In this document: one piece after another, positions 25,775 to 38,756 of the stretch | How positions within the stretch are numbered: position 1 is the first letter of the stretch | Layout: each line of letters begins with the position of its first letter | Assembly (NCBI GenBank): GCA_024679065.1 | Contig: JAGIQG010000006.1 | Coordinates: 8,370,001-8,434,000, forward strand | Direction: 5' to 3' | From: Sphyrna mokarran | Taxonomy: Eukaryota | Length of the DNA stretch: 64,000 bases | Made by a program: the position numbers and the translations under genes | The notes under the pieces: generated by a model | The model's database searches: none | What the model saw: the letters and a program-made list of their open reading frames with translations, nothing else | What the model was told of the DNA's origin: nothing

Positions 25775-26519
25775 TCTCTTCACTCCTGCAGTACACAGAG
25801 CTCTCTGAAGGCTCAGCACCCACTCGACGGGTCTAATATCATTGCTCACTATCTGATCTTGTTGCTTCCTTCAGTAAACTTGGTGTTAAACAAAAATACT
25901 GCTGAAATTTTGCAAGAATGCTGACCAGTTTAAAACGGGGAAGTGCATTCTAAGATGAATTCAAAAACTGGATTCGAAATTTGTTCTTTCACAGGATGTG
26001 GGTGGTGGTCATTGCTGGCTAGGTTAGCATCAATTTCCCATGTATAATTGCCTTTCCAATGTGTTCATGAGCTGCCTTCTTGAAACGCTGCAGTCCAGGT
26101 GGTGCAGGTACACCCACAGTGCAGTTAGGAAAGGAGTTCCGGGATTTTGACCCAGCAACAGTGAGTGAACAGTGACATATTTCCAAGTTAGGTTGAGTGT
26201 AGTTGGGAGGGGAACTTGTAGAGAGTGGGTGTTCCCATGGCTTCCCTTGGCCATCTAAGTGGAGGGGTTGTGGGTTCGGAAAATACGCTCGAAGGAGTTT
26301 TGGTGAGTTGCTGCAATGCCTTGTGGAAATGGTACACATGGCTAACAGTGTGCGTCAGCAGTGGGGACAGTCAATAGTTAAAGTGATGGATGGGATGTCA
26401 GTTAATTGGGCTGCTTTGTCCTGGATGAAGTCAGGCTTCTTGAGTGTTGTTAGAGTTGCACTCATCCCAGAAAATGGAGAGTATCTCATTACATTCCTGA
26501 CTTGTGCTTTATCGATGGT

Positions 26520-27170
26520 GGAACAAAAGAACAAAGAATATTACAGCACAGGAACAGGCCCTTCGGCCCACCAAGCCTGTACTGACCATGCTGCCCGACT
26601 GAACTAAAACCCACTGCGCTTCCAGGGAACATATCCCTCTATTCCCATCTCATTCATGTACTTGTCCAGATGCACCCTAAAAGTCACTAAGTTATCCCCT
26701 TTCACGATCTCCCCTGGCAATGACTTCCAGGCATTCACCATTCTCTCTGTCAAAAATCTGCCTTGTACATGACTTTTAAAATTTGCCCATCCCACCTTAA
26801 ACCTGTGCCCCTTTGTAACTGACTCTTCCACACTGGGAAAAAGCTTCTGACTATCCACTCTGTCCATGACTCTCATAATCTTGGAGACTCCTATCAGGTC
26901 TCCCCTCAACTTCCATCGCACCAGTGAGAACAAACCAAGTTTCTCCAACTTCTCTTATAGCAAATGCCCTCCATACCAGGTGATATCTGGTAAATCTTTT
27001 CTGTACCCTCTCCAAAGCCTCCACATCCTTCTGGTAATGTGACGACCAGAATTGAACACTATATTCCAAGTGCAGTCTCACTAAGGTACTACAAAGTGTC
27101 CACATGACTTGCCAATTTTTGAACTCAATACCCTGGCCGATGAAGGCAAGCATGCCGTATGCCTCCTTGG
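26520..27170 (-). mobile_element. Older CR1 LINE 3' portion (paralogs 12430-12771, 54762-56522)
   Basis: Degenerate ORF2 C-terminus (LVRLHLEYSVQFW, LERVQKRFTR, LRGDLI). Confidence 0.85.
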
Positions 27171-27184
27171 AACGGTTCCAAGGA

Positions 27185-27990
27185 GTCAGGAGGTGAGTGA
27201 CTCACAGCAGAATTCCCAGTCTCCAACCTGCTTTGTAACCACAGTCTTTATGTGGTTAGTCCAGTTCAATTTCTGGTCAATGGTAAGACTCAGGGTGTTG
27301 ATAGTGGGGGATTGAGAAATGCTAATGCAGCTGAATGTCAAGGGGAGATGGTCGGATTCCCCTGATTCCCAGTTTGTAAGGGCTGCCTCGTGCCATACTC
27401 GATCCAATGCTGCCTTGATGTGAAGGACAGTTAATCTCACCTCATCATTTCAGCTCAGCTCTTTTGTCCATGTTTGAACAAAGGCTGTAATGAGGTCAGG
27501 AGCTGAGTGACTTTGGCAGAACACAAACTGGGCCTCACTGAGCAGGTTATTGCTGAGCAGGTGCTGCTTGATAGCGCTGTCGATGACCCCTTCCATCACT
27601 TTTCTGATGATCGAGAGTAGATTGATTGAGCAGTAATTGGCCAAGTTGGATTTGTCCTGCTTTTTGTGCACAGGTTATATCTGGGCAATTTTCCACATTG
27701 CTGGGTAGTTGTCAGTGTTGTAGCTGTATTGGAACAGTTTGACGAGGGGAGTGGAAAGTTTTAGAGCACAAGTTTTCAGAACTACTATCAGAATGATATC
27801 AGGGTCCATTGCCTTTGCAGTATCCAGTGCCTTCAGCCATTTCCTGTTATCACCTGGAGTGAATCCAACTGGCTGGAGACTGGCACCTTTGATGCTGGTG
27901 ATAATTGGATGTTCTGGCTGAAGACTGTGGTGAATCCTTCAGCCTAATCTTCTGTATTGATACACTGGGCTCCTCCATCACTGAGCATAG
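27185..27990 (-). mobile_element. Degenerate CR1/L2-group LINE RT fragment; its 3' part lies at ~25990-26515 (paralogs 11890-12425, 56540-57345)
   Basis: HKKQDKSNLANYCSINLLSIIRKVMEGVIDSAIKQHL, typical of non-LTR RT domain 0-2. Confidence 0.75.
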
Positions 27991-28499
27991 GGATATTTGT
28001 GGAGCCAGCTTGGTCTGTGGTGGTACGACTGAGCTACTCTTGGTGATAGGCATTGGAGTCCTGACCCAGAGTGCTCAGATGTTCAGCTGCTGGTTTGGAG
28101 GATACTTATGGATTGACGTTTTCCAACATTCACTAATCGGTCAAACACAAGTGAAAATGAAGGACAAAATGACAGAGTGACTTGTGTTTCACTGAGTTTA
28201 ATCTGTTTGTAAAGATTATTCTCCATGAAGTTTTCAAACTGAAACTTGTAAATGCTACTGCAGACATTTAAAATTAGAAATATATGATCTGAAAAACATG
28301 GGTAATTTATTAATACTTCTACCAAACACACTCCCTGTGCTGGTACATGTGTTTACAGTAGTCTCAAATGGACAAAATATACAGTGCAATTTTTAAAATG
28401 CATTTTCTTTTGAGATGTGGCTGTCACTGGTTAGGCCAGCATTCATGGCCTTTCTCAAGTTGACCTTGAGAAGGTTGTCCCTATGGTGTTGGTATGCTT

Positions 28500-29880
28500 A
28501 TCGTAATTAAATCAGATATAGCTCTTGGCGCTGATGGGACCAGGATATTGTATTTGATGATCCACTATGATCAAGATGAATGGCAGTGCAAACTTGAAGG
28601 GCCGAATGTCCTGCTCCTGCTTCTAATGTCTGTGTCAAAATAAGGGAAGCAGATTAAGACTGAGTTGAGCAGGAATTTCTTCACATGAAGGATTGTGGAA
28701 TTCCCTGCCCAGTGAAGCAGTTGAGGCTACCCTCATTGAATGTTTTTAAGGCAAGGAAAGATAAATCTTTGAACAGTAAAGGAATTAAGGGTTATGATGA
28801 GCGGGCAGATGAGTGGAGCTGAACCCACAAAAAGATCAGCCATGATTTTATTGAATGGCAGAGCAGGCTCGAGGGCTAGATGGCCCACTCCTGTTCCTAG
28901 TTCTGATCTTATGAATTAGGAACAGGTCAGAATTCAGCAAATGATGAACAAGAGATTGATTCAGGGGTGAAAAACAGAGTAAGAGAATAAACTTACAAGT
29001 AACATAAAAGACAACTGTAAAAGCTTCTGTAAGGATGTAAAAAGAAAAAAGATCAATGAAGACAAATGTAGGTCCCTTACAGTGTGAAAGGAGAGAGTTT
29101 ATAATAGAGAACAAAGACATGGCAGAGTGATTAAACAATTACTTTAGTTCTGTCTTCATGAGGAAGAAACAAATAAATTCACAAAAATATTCAAGAACTA
29201 AGGATCTTGTGAGAGGGAGGAATTGATGGAAATTGATATTGCTAAAAAAATGCTAGAGAAATTGATTTGTCTGAAAGCTGAAGAATCCCCAGAGCCTGAT
29301 AACCGACATCCCAGGATATTAAATAGTGGATACGTGAGTTATCTTCCAAAACTCTGTATATCCTGGATCAGTCTCAGCAGATTAGGCAGGTGGCAAATCA
29401 AACCCCACTATTTTAAAAAAAAGGAGTGAGGAAGAAAACAGGGAATTACAGACCAGTTAACCTCACATCATGTGAGGGAAAATGCTGGACTCTATTGAAA
29501 CCGTTCCCATATTCCAAGGTGGCCACAGGCTGCTCCTCTCTTTGAGGGGGAGAGCTGATTGGTTGCTATTTAACCTGAAGGTCAGCACACCTCAGCGAGG
29601 GGTGAGGTTGGAGGGTTCATGAATAGCTCAGCTGGTACAGGAATTAAACCCAAGCTGCCAACATCACTCAGCAGCCATTCGGCCAACCGAGCGAACCAAC
29701 TCTCTTATTAAAGCACTGCTAACAAGACATTCAGAAAACATCAATGGGATTAGACAAAAGCAACGTGGATTTATAAAAGGGAAATCATGTTTGATAAATC
29801 CTGTGGAATTTCTTTGAGGATGTAACTAGCAGAATAGATAAGGGAGAAAGAATTTATTTGAGTTTCTGAAAGCTTTTGTG
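28500..29880 (+). mobile_element. Ancient fragmented CR1 LINE pieces (paralog 57860-59230)
   Basis: LKAEESPEPD, GKSCLINPVEFFEDVT-like remnants with many stops. Confidence 0.6.
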
Positions 29881-30579
29881 GGCAGTACAGTGACATAGTG
29901 GTCAGCATTGCTGCCTCACAGCGCCACACTGAGGTCTGCACTCCTGAACAGTTACTTCATTCATTTGTTTCCCTGCTTCTCCCACCAGCACCCCACACCA
30001 CCCCCAGCTCCACCCCAGGCTGGACACCATGTTGCCTTCTCTGTGAAGAACTCAGCACACCCTGGATCCTTCAGCCTCATCACACTCTTCCTCCCACCTC
30101 ATGAGCCCTGCACCAGGTTCAATTCCCAGCTTGGGTCACTGATTGTGTGGAATCTGCACATTCTCCCTGTGTCCCAGGTTTCCTTCGGCTGCTCTGGTTT
30201 CCTCCCGCAGTCCAAAGATGTGTGAATTAAGTGGTTTGACCATGTTGCACTGCCCCTTTTTATCTGTTAGTAAGAGATTTTGGCAGCATAAAATAAGTGT
30301 GGTGAAAAGAACAGGATATGGGGGTGGGGAGTGGGGGGGTCATTACAGCACTGAAGGAGCACAGTCTCCTGCAGCAACAAGCAGTGACACCCAGGGAACA
30401 CCCAGCGCCAGGAGACCGATGGGCCTGCAGGGCCAGAGGCCACAGCAGCCGAACAGAGGGCTCGCAGTCAAGGATGGAAACCGAGGTCACGGGTACACTT
30501 TATATGGGAGCATTGGACTGCGTTCATTTCAACTGGAGCAGGCGCAGCAGGATGGAGGGCTGCTGAAGTCCTCACAAAG

Positions 30580-31015
30580 CTATCTGCCACGTGTCACTCT
30601 ACACGCTCCTCACCATCAGGGAGCCCCCTTCATCAACACGAAAGTGTTCCATTCCAGCTGATGTGTGACCACCAGATGAAGAGGTTCATACACGTGTGTG
30701 CACATTTTCCAGGGAGTGTGAATAACAGCTACATCCTTGGCCAATCACAAATCCCTGGAATTTCTGAGGGTCACTCAAGCTGCAATGATGCCTCGTTGGG
30801 GATAAGGGATACCGCTGAGATCTTATCTGATGATGCCAGTGCAGAGGCCTGAGATTGAAGCAGAGGCCCACTACAGCGAGGGTACTGTGCCACTCAGTCT
30901 GTGATAGAACAGGGCGTTACCCTCCTCAATATGTGCTTCTGCTGCCTCGACAGATTCGATAGAGAACTGCAATACAATCCCCTGAGGATCTCTCAGATCA
31001 TGGCGGTTGCTAGTA
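30580..31015 (+). pseudogene. PIF/Harbinger (HARBI1-like DDE) transposase remnant (paralog 60180-60615)
   Basis: APHHQGAPFINTKVFHS, QLMCDHQMKRFIHVCAHFPGSVNNSYIL and VIEQGVTLLNMCFCCLDR resemble HARBI1 motifs. Frameshifted. Confidence 0.72.
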
Positions 31016-31229
31016 CCTTATGTGTACCTTTTACACATTTAACTAGTTGCAATATTGGGGTGTTTCCTAGGCTGCTGTTCAGTTTCAGTTTCTGCCTGCA
31101 CAGAGAGCAGCTTTTCAATAAATCTGTTGTGTGTTACTCTGAATCTACACATGCCAAACACATCTTTTCTTTGTGTTTAAAACCTATACCCCTTAACAGA
31201 GTTAGGACATTACAATTGCTTGGCACTGC

Positions 31230-32455
31230 ACTGGATCAACAACCTTACTGATGATGACCTTGAGTTTTTTGTAGGGGTAACCAAGAAAGTAAATAGAGGC
31301 AGTGCATTTGATGTTGTCTACATGGACTTTAGCAAGGCTTATGACAAGATACCGCATGGTAGGTTGTTGCATAAAGTTAAATCTCACAGCATCCAAAGTG
31401 AGGTAGCCAATTGGATACAAAATTTGTTTGATGACAGAAGACAGAGGGTGGTTGTAAAGGATTGTTTTTCAAACTGGAGACCTGTGATCATCGGAATCAG
31501 TGCTGGATCTACTGTTATTTGTTATTTATATTAATGATTTGGATGAGAATATAGGAGGCATGGTTAGTAAGTTTGCAGATGACACCAAGATTAGTTGAAT
31601 TGTGGAAGTGAAGAAAGTTATCTTGGATTGCAATGGGATGTTGATTAATTGGGCCAGTGAGCTGATGAATGGCAGATGGAGGTTAATTTAGATAAATGTG
31701 AGGTACTTGGTCGATCGAATGGGGCAGGACCTATTCTGTTAATGGGGAGAGTTACAGAACAAAGAGATCTCGGAGTTCAGGTTCATAACTCATTGAAAGT
31801 GGAATCACAGGTGGACAGAGAGGTGAAGAAGGCATTCAGCATGCTTGGTTTCATCGGTCAGAAAATTGAATACAGGAGCTGGGATGGAAGTTGTACAGGA
31901 CATTGGTAAGGCCATGCTTGGAATACTGTGTACAGTTCTGGTTATCCTACTTTTGAAAGAATATTGTTAAACTAGACAGAGTGCTGAAAAGATTCACTAG
32001 GATGCTTGCGGGACTTGGTCGTTTGAGTTACAAGGAAAGGCTGAATGGACAGGGGCATCTTTTCCTGGAGATTGAAGCTTGAGGGGTGACCTTATCTAGA
32101 GGTCTGTAAAATAATGAGGGGCACAGCTTGATAATCAAAACTTTCTCCTCAAAGGTAGGGTAGTCTAAAACTAGAGGGCGTAGGTTTAAGGTGAGAGGGG
32201 AGAGATACAAAAGGATCCAGAGGGGCAATATTTTCACACAGAGGCTGCTGAGTGTCTGCAACAAACTATCAGAGGTAGTAGTAAAGGTGGGTACAATTTT
32301 GTCTTTTCAAAAGCATTTAGACAGTTATATGGGTAAGATGGGTATGGAAGGATATGGGCCGAATGTGGGCAATTGGGACCAGCTTAATTGAAGAACTGGG
32401 AGGCATAGACAAGTTGGGCCGAAGGGCCTGTTTTCATGCTGTAAATCTCTATGAG
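31230..32455 (+). mobile_element. Degenerate CR1 LINE (paralog 60830-62047)
   Basis: YMDFSKAYDKIPHGRL, FADDTKI, FTQRLLSVCN, and 3' tail TTGGGCCGAAGGGCCTGTT. Confidence 0.85.
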
Positions 32456-32787
32456 CATTATTTCCTCAGATGGGAAGTCGAGGAGGGATTGGAGGAAGAG
32501 GCCGGAGAGGAGTTGGAGGATGGAGGACAGAGAGGGTCAAGGGTTTTCATGGACAGAAGGACTGATGTTCCCTCATTGCTTCCCACTTTACTCTTCAGCA
32601 ATACGGTGTTGGCCAGTAGTTTAACAAGCCCTTCATAACAGTTCTGCCATCGTGGGAGAAGGGACACAGTAAAACTTTGGTCAACTGCGTGCTGGGTCTG
32701 GGGAGTCCTTGTGCTTGCTGCCGAGTCAGTGCAGGAGGGTGATACTGATTCACAGTATGGAACCGTCTGAGATGCTCCATAGATACT

Positions 32788-33008
32788 GCTTCTGTCTGAC
32801 TCCTGTCTGTCTGTCTGTCTGACTCCTGTCTGTCTGTCTGGCTCCTGTCTGTCTGACTAACTGATTCCTGTCTGTCTGACTCCTGTCTGTCTGACTGGCT
32901 CCTGTCTGTCTGTCTGGCTCCTGTCTGTCTGACTGACTGATTCCTGTCTGACTGATTACTATCTGTCTGTCAGACTCCTGTCTGTCTGTCAGACTCCTGT
33001 CTGTCTGA
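32788..33008 (+). repeat. Compound (CTGT)n/CTCCTGT microsatellite
   Basis: About 220 bp here versus about 70 bp at the paralogous site 62383-62452. Confidence 0.9.
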
Positions 33009-35191
33009 TGCCAGTTCATTGGCTCTCTGGCTGATCTCTGAGCGTGGGTGTGCCCTAGATTCCTCTGTCCCCGAGCAATAGAGGGGGATTAGAGGTGAGG
33101 GTCTCAGTTTTACTGATTAATCCTTTCAGGAATGATGTTATTGTCACTTTGGACCGAACCATTTGCCTGACATCGAGGGCCTGTGAGAAGAGCTTTGTTC
33201 CAATGGAAAGAACCGCTATCCCATTGGGAGGAGGATTAACGAGAGTGAGATTGTAAGGTTGTGGTAACAAGAGCTTTTAATATCGTTACAAGTGCATCTG
33301 AGACATTTGATAAAGACCCCTAGCTTTCTGTGCCAACCTTGACATGTGCCCATGCTGCAACCCTGCAATTTCTCACCCTTGTGAACCCTCTCACTCTGTC
33401 GAGGTGTGTTCCCAGGATACACAGCAAAGGTGGAGGTGGTCTGCTGCATTCCACACCCTCTTGTTTGAGGTACACTTGAGGGAGGGCTGGGACCTATAGG
33501 ACCCTGGCATATTCTCAGACTCAGTAAGAATTTAGCAACACCAATTTTAAATCCAACCGATTTATTTGATAGTAAATCTGCGAGCTTTCAACACATTTTT
33601 GTCTTCGTCAGGCAAATGCAGTGTTCTGGTCTGCAATCGCACACATATCCACACAGACAGTCAGAGATTGCTGATTAGAATGCGAATCCTTACATCTAAC
33701 CTGCTATTCAAGTGTTAAAGTGGCTAACAATGTGTGTGAAGGGAATCCTGAGCATTGGTTAGAGAATTGTGTATTTTCTCCAGACAGCACAGTAAGTGAG
33801 GTTTTTTGCTAAACCAGGCAAGTTACGGGGGTTACAGATAGTGTGTCATGAAGCCAAGATCCCTGTTAAGACCATCCTCATGTGTGCGGAACTTGGCTAA
33901 CAGTCTCTGCTCAGCGACTCTGCGCTGTCGTGTGTCACAAAGGCCCCCTTGAAGAACATTTACCCGCAGGTCGGAGGCCGCATGCCCATGACTGCTGAAG
34001 TGTTCGCCCACAGAAAGGGAACTGTTTTGCCTGGTGATTGTTGAGTGATGCTCATTCATCCGCTGTCGTAGTGTCTGCATGGTCTCCCCAGCGTACCATG
34101 CTTCGGGACATCCTTTCTTGCAACGTATTAGGTAGACAACGTTGGCGAGTTGCAAGAGTATGTACTGTGTACCTGGTGAATGATATCCTCACGTTTGCCA
34201 AGCAGATGAGACAAAGAAACTACACCATTTACATGCACACCAAGAACAGGAAACTTGAAAAACTCGGCATTGCTACCAGCAACAACCAAGCCTCCCTTGG
34301 CACCACAGTAGAAAACAACACTACCGCAGGGAGGTCCATTGTTAACTTGTTGGACTACACACTTCAATCAGAGGAAATCGAAGTTCTCAGCCGAGGGCTC
34401 AATTTCTGTCCCACCACCAAAATGTACCCCATCAGTCTTGCAGCAGACACAGAGGAATTCATCAGGCGAATGAGGCTGCGTGAGTTCTTCCACAAACCCC
34501 AAGAGGCCAATAGCGGACTCAATGAGACAGCTAATGAACCAGAACAGCCGACAGAGGGATCCGCAGTGCAGCAACCGAAGAGGAATGAATCCAATTGGAC
34601 TCCTCCGGAAGGCCACTGTCCCCGACTGGACATGTATGCCCAAGCCATCAGGAGGTGCGTGAACACCAGCTTCATCAACCGCACTTACAGGACAGTCCCG
34701 AACATCACCCAAGCACAAAGCAAGGCCATCCATGCTCTCAAGACCAACTGCAACATTGTCATCAAACCAGCAGACAAAGGAGGCGCCACCGTCATACTGA
34801 ACAGAACAGACTACTGTGAAGAAGTGTACCGACAACTAAACAATGTGAAACACTACGGACAGTCACCAGCAGATCCGACCAAAGAACACACTCGTCAACT
34901 CAGCACTCTGATCAAAACCTTTGATCCGGACCTTCAGAACACCCTCCGGGCTCTCATTCCACGTACTCCTCACATTGGAGATCTCTACTGCCTCCCAAAG
35001 ATACACAAGGCAAACATACCCGGCTGTCCCATCGTATCGGCAATGAGACCCTGTGTGAGAACCTCTCCAGCTATATCGAGGGCATCCTGAAACCCATCGT
35101 ACAAAGAACCCCCAGCTTTTGTCTTGACACTACTGACTTCCTACAGAAACTCAGCACACATGGAGCAGTTGAACCAGGGACACTCCTTGTC

Positions 35192-36468
35192 CTCCTTAGG
35201 ACCTCCTAAAAGGCAGGTCGTGCCTTACGAGCTTAATTGAGTTCTTCGAAAATGTGACTGAACACATTGACGAAGGAGGAGCAGTGGACGTGGTGTACAT
35301 GGACTTCAGCAAGGCATTTGACAAGGTCCCACATGCAAGACTTCTTGAGAAGGTGAGAGGCCATGGGATACAAGGGGCTTTGGCCTTGTGGATCCAGAAC
35401 TGGCTTGCCTGCAGAAGGCAGAGGGTGGTTGTGGATGGCTCTTTTTCTGCATGGAGGTCGGTCACCAGTGGAGTGCCCCAGGGATCTGTTCTAGGACCCT
35501 TGCTGTTTGTCATTTTCATAAATGACCTGGATGAGGAAGTGGAGGGATGGGTGAGTAAGTTCGCCGATGACACGAAGGTCGGTGGTGTTGTGGATGGTCT
35601 GGAGGGATATCAAAAGTTGCAGCATGACATCGACAGGATGCAAGACTGGGCAGAGAAGTGGCAGATGGACTTCAACGTGGATAAACGTGTTGTGGTCCAT
35701 TTTGGCAGATCCAACGGGATGAATGAGTACACTATCAAAGGTAGGAGTTTTAGCTGTGTGGAAGAGCAGAGGGATCTTGGGGTCCGGGTCCATAAGACTC
35801 TCAAATCGGCCTCCCAGGTGGAGGATGTGGTTAAGAAAGCTTACGGTGTACTGGCCTTCATTCATCGAGGGATTGAGTTCAGGAGTCAGGAGGTAATGCT
35901 GCAGCTTTATAGGACCCTTGTCAGACCACACTTGGAGTACTGTGCGCAGTTCTGGTCGCCTCACTATAGGAAGGACGTGGAAGCTATTGAAAGGGTGCAG
36001 AGGAGATTTACAAGGATGTTGCCTGGATTGGGAGGCATGCCTTATGAAGACAGGTTGAGGGAGCTGGGACTGTTCTCCCTGGAGAGACGAAGGTTGAGAG
36101 GCGACCTGATAGAGGTTTACAAGATGTTGAGAGGAATAGATAGGGTGGACTCTCAGAGACTATTTCCCAGGGCTGAAATGGTCGCGACGAGAGGGCACAG
36201 ATTTAAGGTGCAGGGAAGCAAGTACAGAGGGGATGCTAGGGGAAAGTTTTTCACTCAGAGGGTGGTGAGTGAATGGAATCGGCTGCCGTCGGTGGTGGTC
36301 GAGGCGAACTCGCTGGGGTCTTTTAAAAGACTTCTGGATGAGTATATGGGATCCAATGGGATTGGGGGTTATAGATAGGTCTATGGCTAGGTAGGTTTTG
36401 ATGTGTTCGGCACAACTTGTGGGCCGAAGGGCCTGTTTGTGCTGTAGTGTTCTATGTTCTATGTTCTA
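35192..36468 (+). mobile_element. Young 5'-truncated CR1 LINE nested in the Penelope RT
   Basis: Uninterrupted 374-aa RT C-terminal ORF (DFSKAFDKVPH, GVPQGSVLGP, FADD) and (TTCTATG)n tail. It splits Penelope TLLV|TMDV with TGTC on both sides. Confidence 0.95.
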
Positions 36469-38047
36469 TGTCACAATGGATGTCTCGGCGCTCTACACCA
36501 ACATCCCCCATGACGATGGTATTGCTGCAACTGCCTCAGTACTCAATGCCAACAACTGCCAGTTTCTGGATGCAATTTTACAACTCATCCGCTTTATCTT
36601 GGACCACAATGTCTTCATCTTCAACAATCAGCTTTTCATGCAGACACATGGAACAGCCATGGGGACCAAATTTGCACCTCAGTATGCCAACATCTTCATG
36701 CACAGGTTCGAACAAGACTTCTTCACCACACGAGATCTTCAACCAAGGATATATACTAGATACATTAATGACATCTTTTTCCTTTGGACTCATGGTGAAC
36801 AATCATTGAAACAACTGTATGATGATATCAACAAGTTCCATCCCACCATCAGACTCACCATGGACTATTCTCCACAATCAGCTGCATTCTTGGACACACG
36901 CATCTCCATCAAGGACAGTCACCTCAGCACCTCACTGTACCGCAAACCAACAATCTCACAATGCTCCACTTCTCCAGCTTCCACCCTAGACACATGAAAG
37001 AAGCCATTCCCTATGGACAAGCCCTCCGTATACACAGAATTTGCTCAGATGAGGAGGATCATGACAGACACCTCCAAACGCTGAAGGATGCCCTCGTGAG
37101 AACAGGATATGGCGCTCGACTCATCGATCGACAGTTCCGACGTGCCACAACGATAAACCGCACTGACCTCCTCAGAAGACGAACACGGGACACGGTGGAC
37201 AAAGTACCCTTTGTTGTCCAGTACTTCCCCGGAGCAGAGAAGCTACGACATCTTCTCCGGAGTCTTCAACATATCATCGATGACGATGAACATCTTGCTA
37301 GGGCCATCCCCACCCCCCCACTTCTTGCTTTCAGACAACCACACAACCTCAAACAGATCATTGTTCGCAGCAAACTACCCAACCTTCAGGAGATCAGTGA
37401 CCACAATACCACACAACCCTGCCACAGCAACCTCTGCAAGACATGCCAGATCATAGACATGGACGACATCATCAAATGTGAGGATACCATTCATCAGGTA
37501 CACAGTACATACTCTTGCAACTCAGCCAACGTTGTCTACCTAATACATTGCGAGAAAGGATGTCCCGAAGAATGGTACATTGGGGAGACCATGCAGATAC
37601 TACGACAGCGGATGAATGAGCATCACTCAACAATCACCAGGCAAAACAGTTCCCTTTCTGTGGGCGAACATTTCAGCAGTCATGGGCATTCGGCCTCCGA
37701 CCTGTGGGTAAATGTTCTTCAAGGTGGCCTTCATTACACAACAGCACAGAGTCGCTGAGCAGAGACTGATAGCCAAGTTCCGCACACATGAGGACAGTCT
37801 TAATAGGGATCTTGGCTTCATGACACACTCTCTGTAACCCCCGTAACTTGCCTGGGTTAGCAAAAAACCTCACTGTGCTGTCTGGAGAAAATACACAATT
37901 CTCCAACCAATGCTCAGGATTCCCTTCACACACATTGTTAGCCACTTTAACACTTGAATAGCAGGTTAGATGTAAGGATTTGCATTCTAATCAGCAATCT
38001 GTGACTGTCTGTGCTGATATGTGTGCGATTGCAGACCAGAACACTGC

Positions 38048-38089
38048 ATTTGCCTGACGAAGACACAAGAGTGTCGAAAGCTCGCAGAT
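38048..38089 (+). ncRNA. Minimal type-I hammerhead ribozyme motif in Penelope pLTR
   Basis: ATTTGC-CTGACGA-A-GACAC-AAGA-GTGTC-GAAA-GCTC-GCAGAT: CUGANGA and GAAA cores, helix II GACAC/GTGTC, helix I ATTTGC/GCAGAT, palindromic AGCT helix III. Confidence 0.75.
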
Positions 38090-38756
38090 TTACTATCAAA
38101 TAAATCGGTTGGATTTAAAATTGGTGTTGCTAAATTCTTACTGAGTTCTTACTACCCCAGTCCAATGCCGGCATCTCTACATCATATTCTCAGATGGCCA
38201 GAGTGTTGCAGCATCACCCTGTTCAGCCCCCTGCCTCTGAGGTGCACCGTTATCTGAAATTGGGGAATCAGAAGGGCTGGTCGCTTCCAGCCTTTCCTGA
38301 GTGGAATGCCCCAGGATACACTCCAGGGAATTCCCCTCCCTCTGGAACTTGACGACACCTGGGTTAATCCATGGGATGGAGGGCAACTGGACTGAGCTCC
38401 AGAAGCCTCAGCATCATCAGATCTGCCTGTCCTGAAGACCAGCCATTGACTAATCATCAGAGTTCCTCTATCAGGAATCTGACCTCTTGCCTCAGCTTTT
38501 TTAACTCTGGTGCCACTGTTGTAATGTTGGTCTGAGTGCCACCCATTCCTGGCAGCGTGTCCTGCGGCAGGAGGCTCTGGGATTCCTGTATTCGGCCTCT
38601 CAGTGGCAGAAGTTTCACAGACACCCCTTCCTGGCATTCCTGGCTCTGCCTCCATATCTCCAGCAACTGATGGATGAACATTTCCAGAGATATCTCACTC
38701 GGTCAGGGCACAGCTGAGTTCTGGGATCAAATAGATCTCTGACTGTCTGATATGCA

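Larger units (their letters stand above)
33520..38182 (+). mobile_element. Penelope-like retroelement (Neptune-type), 5'-truncated with inverted 3' copy; defective
   Basis: RT motifs (IVIKPADKGG, LYCLPKIHK, TMDVSALYTNI, GTAMGTKFAPQYANIFM, RYINDIF), a CHSNLCKTC Cys linker and GIY-YIG endonuclease (VVYLIHC..WYIGET). 33520-34197 is an inverted copy of ~37473-38145. TSD CATATTCTCAGA, with the empty site at ~62948-62962. Several frameshifts. Confidence 0.92.

Noticed and set aside
32750-33019. QTDR-repeat protein
   Set aside because: Translation of a microsatellite.
34038-35090. 350-aa ORF as a host gene or intact Penelope ORF
   Set aside because: The N-terminal ~52 aa is antisense endonuclease sequence from the inverted arm. 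The rest is a frameshifted, CR1-interrupted RT with YIDD changed to YIND.
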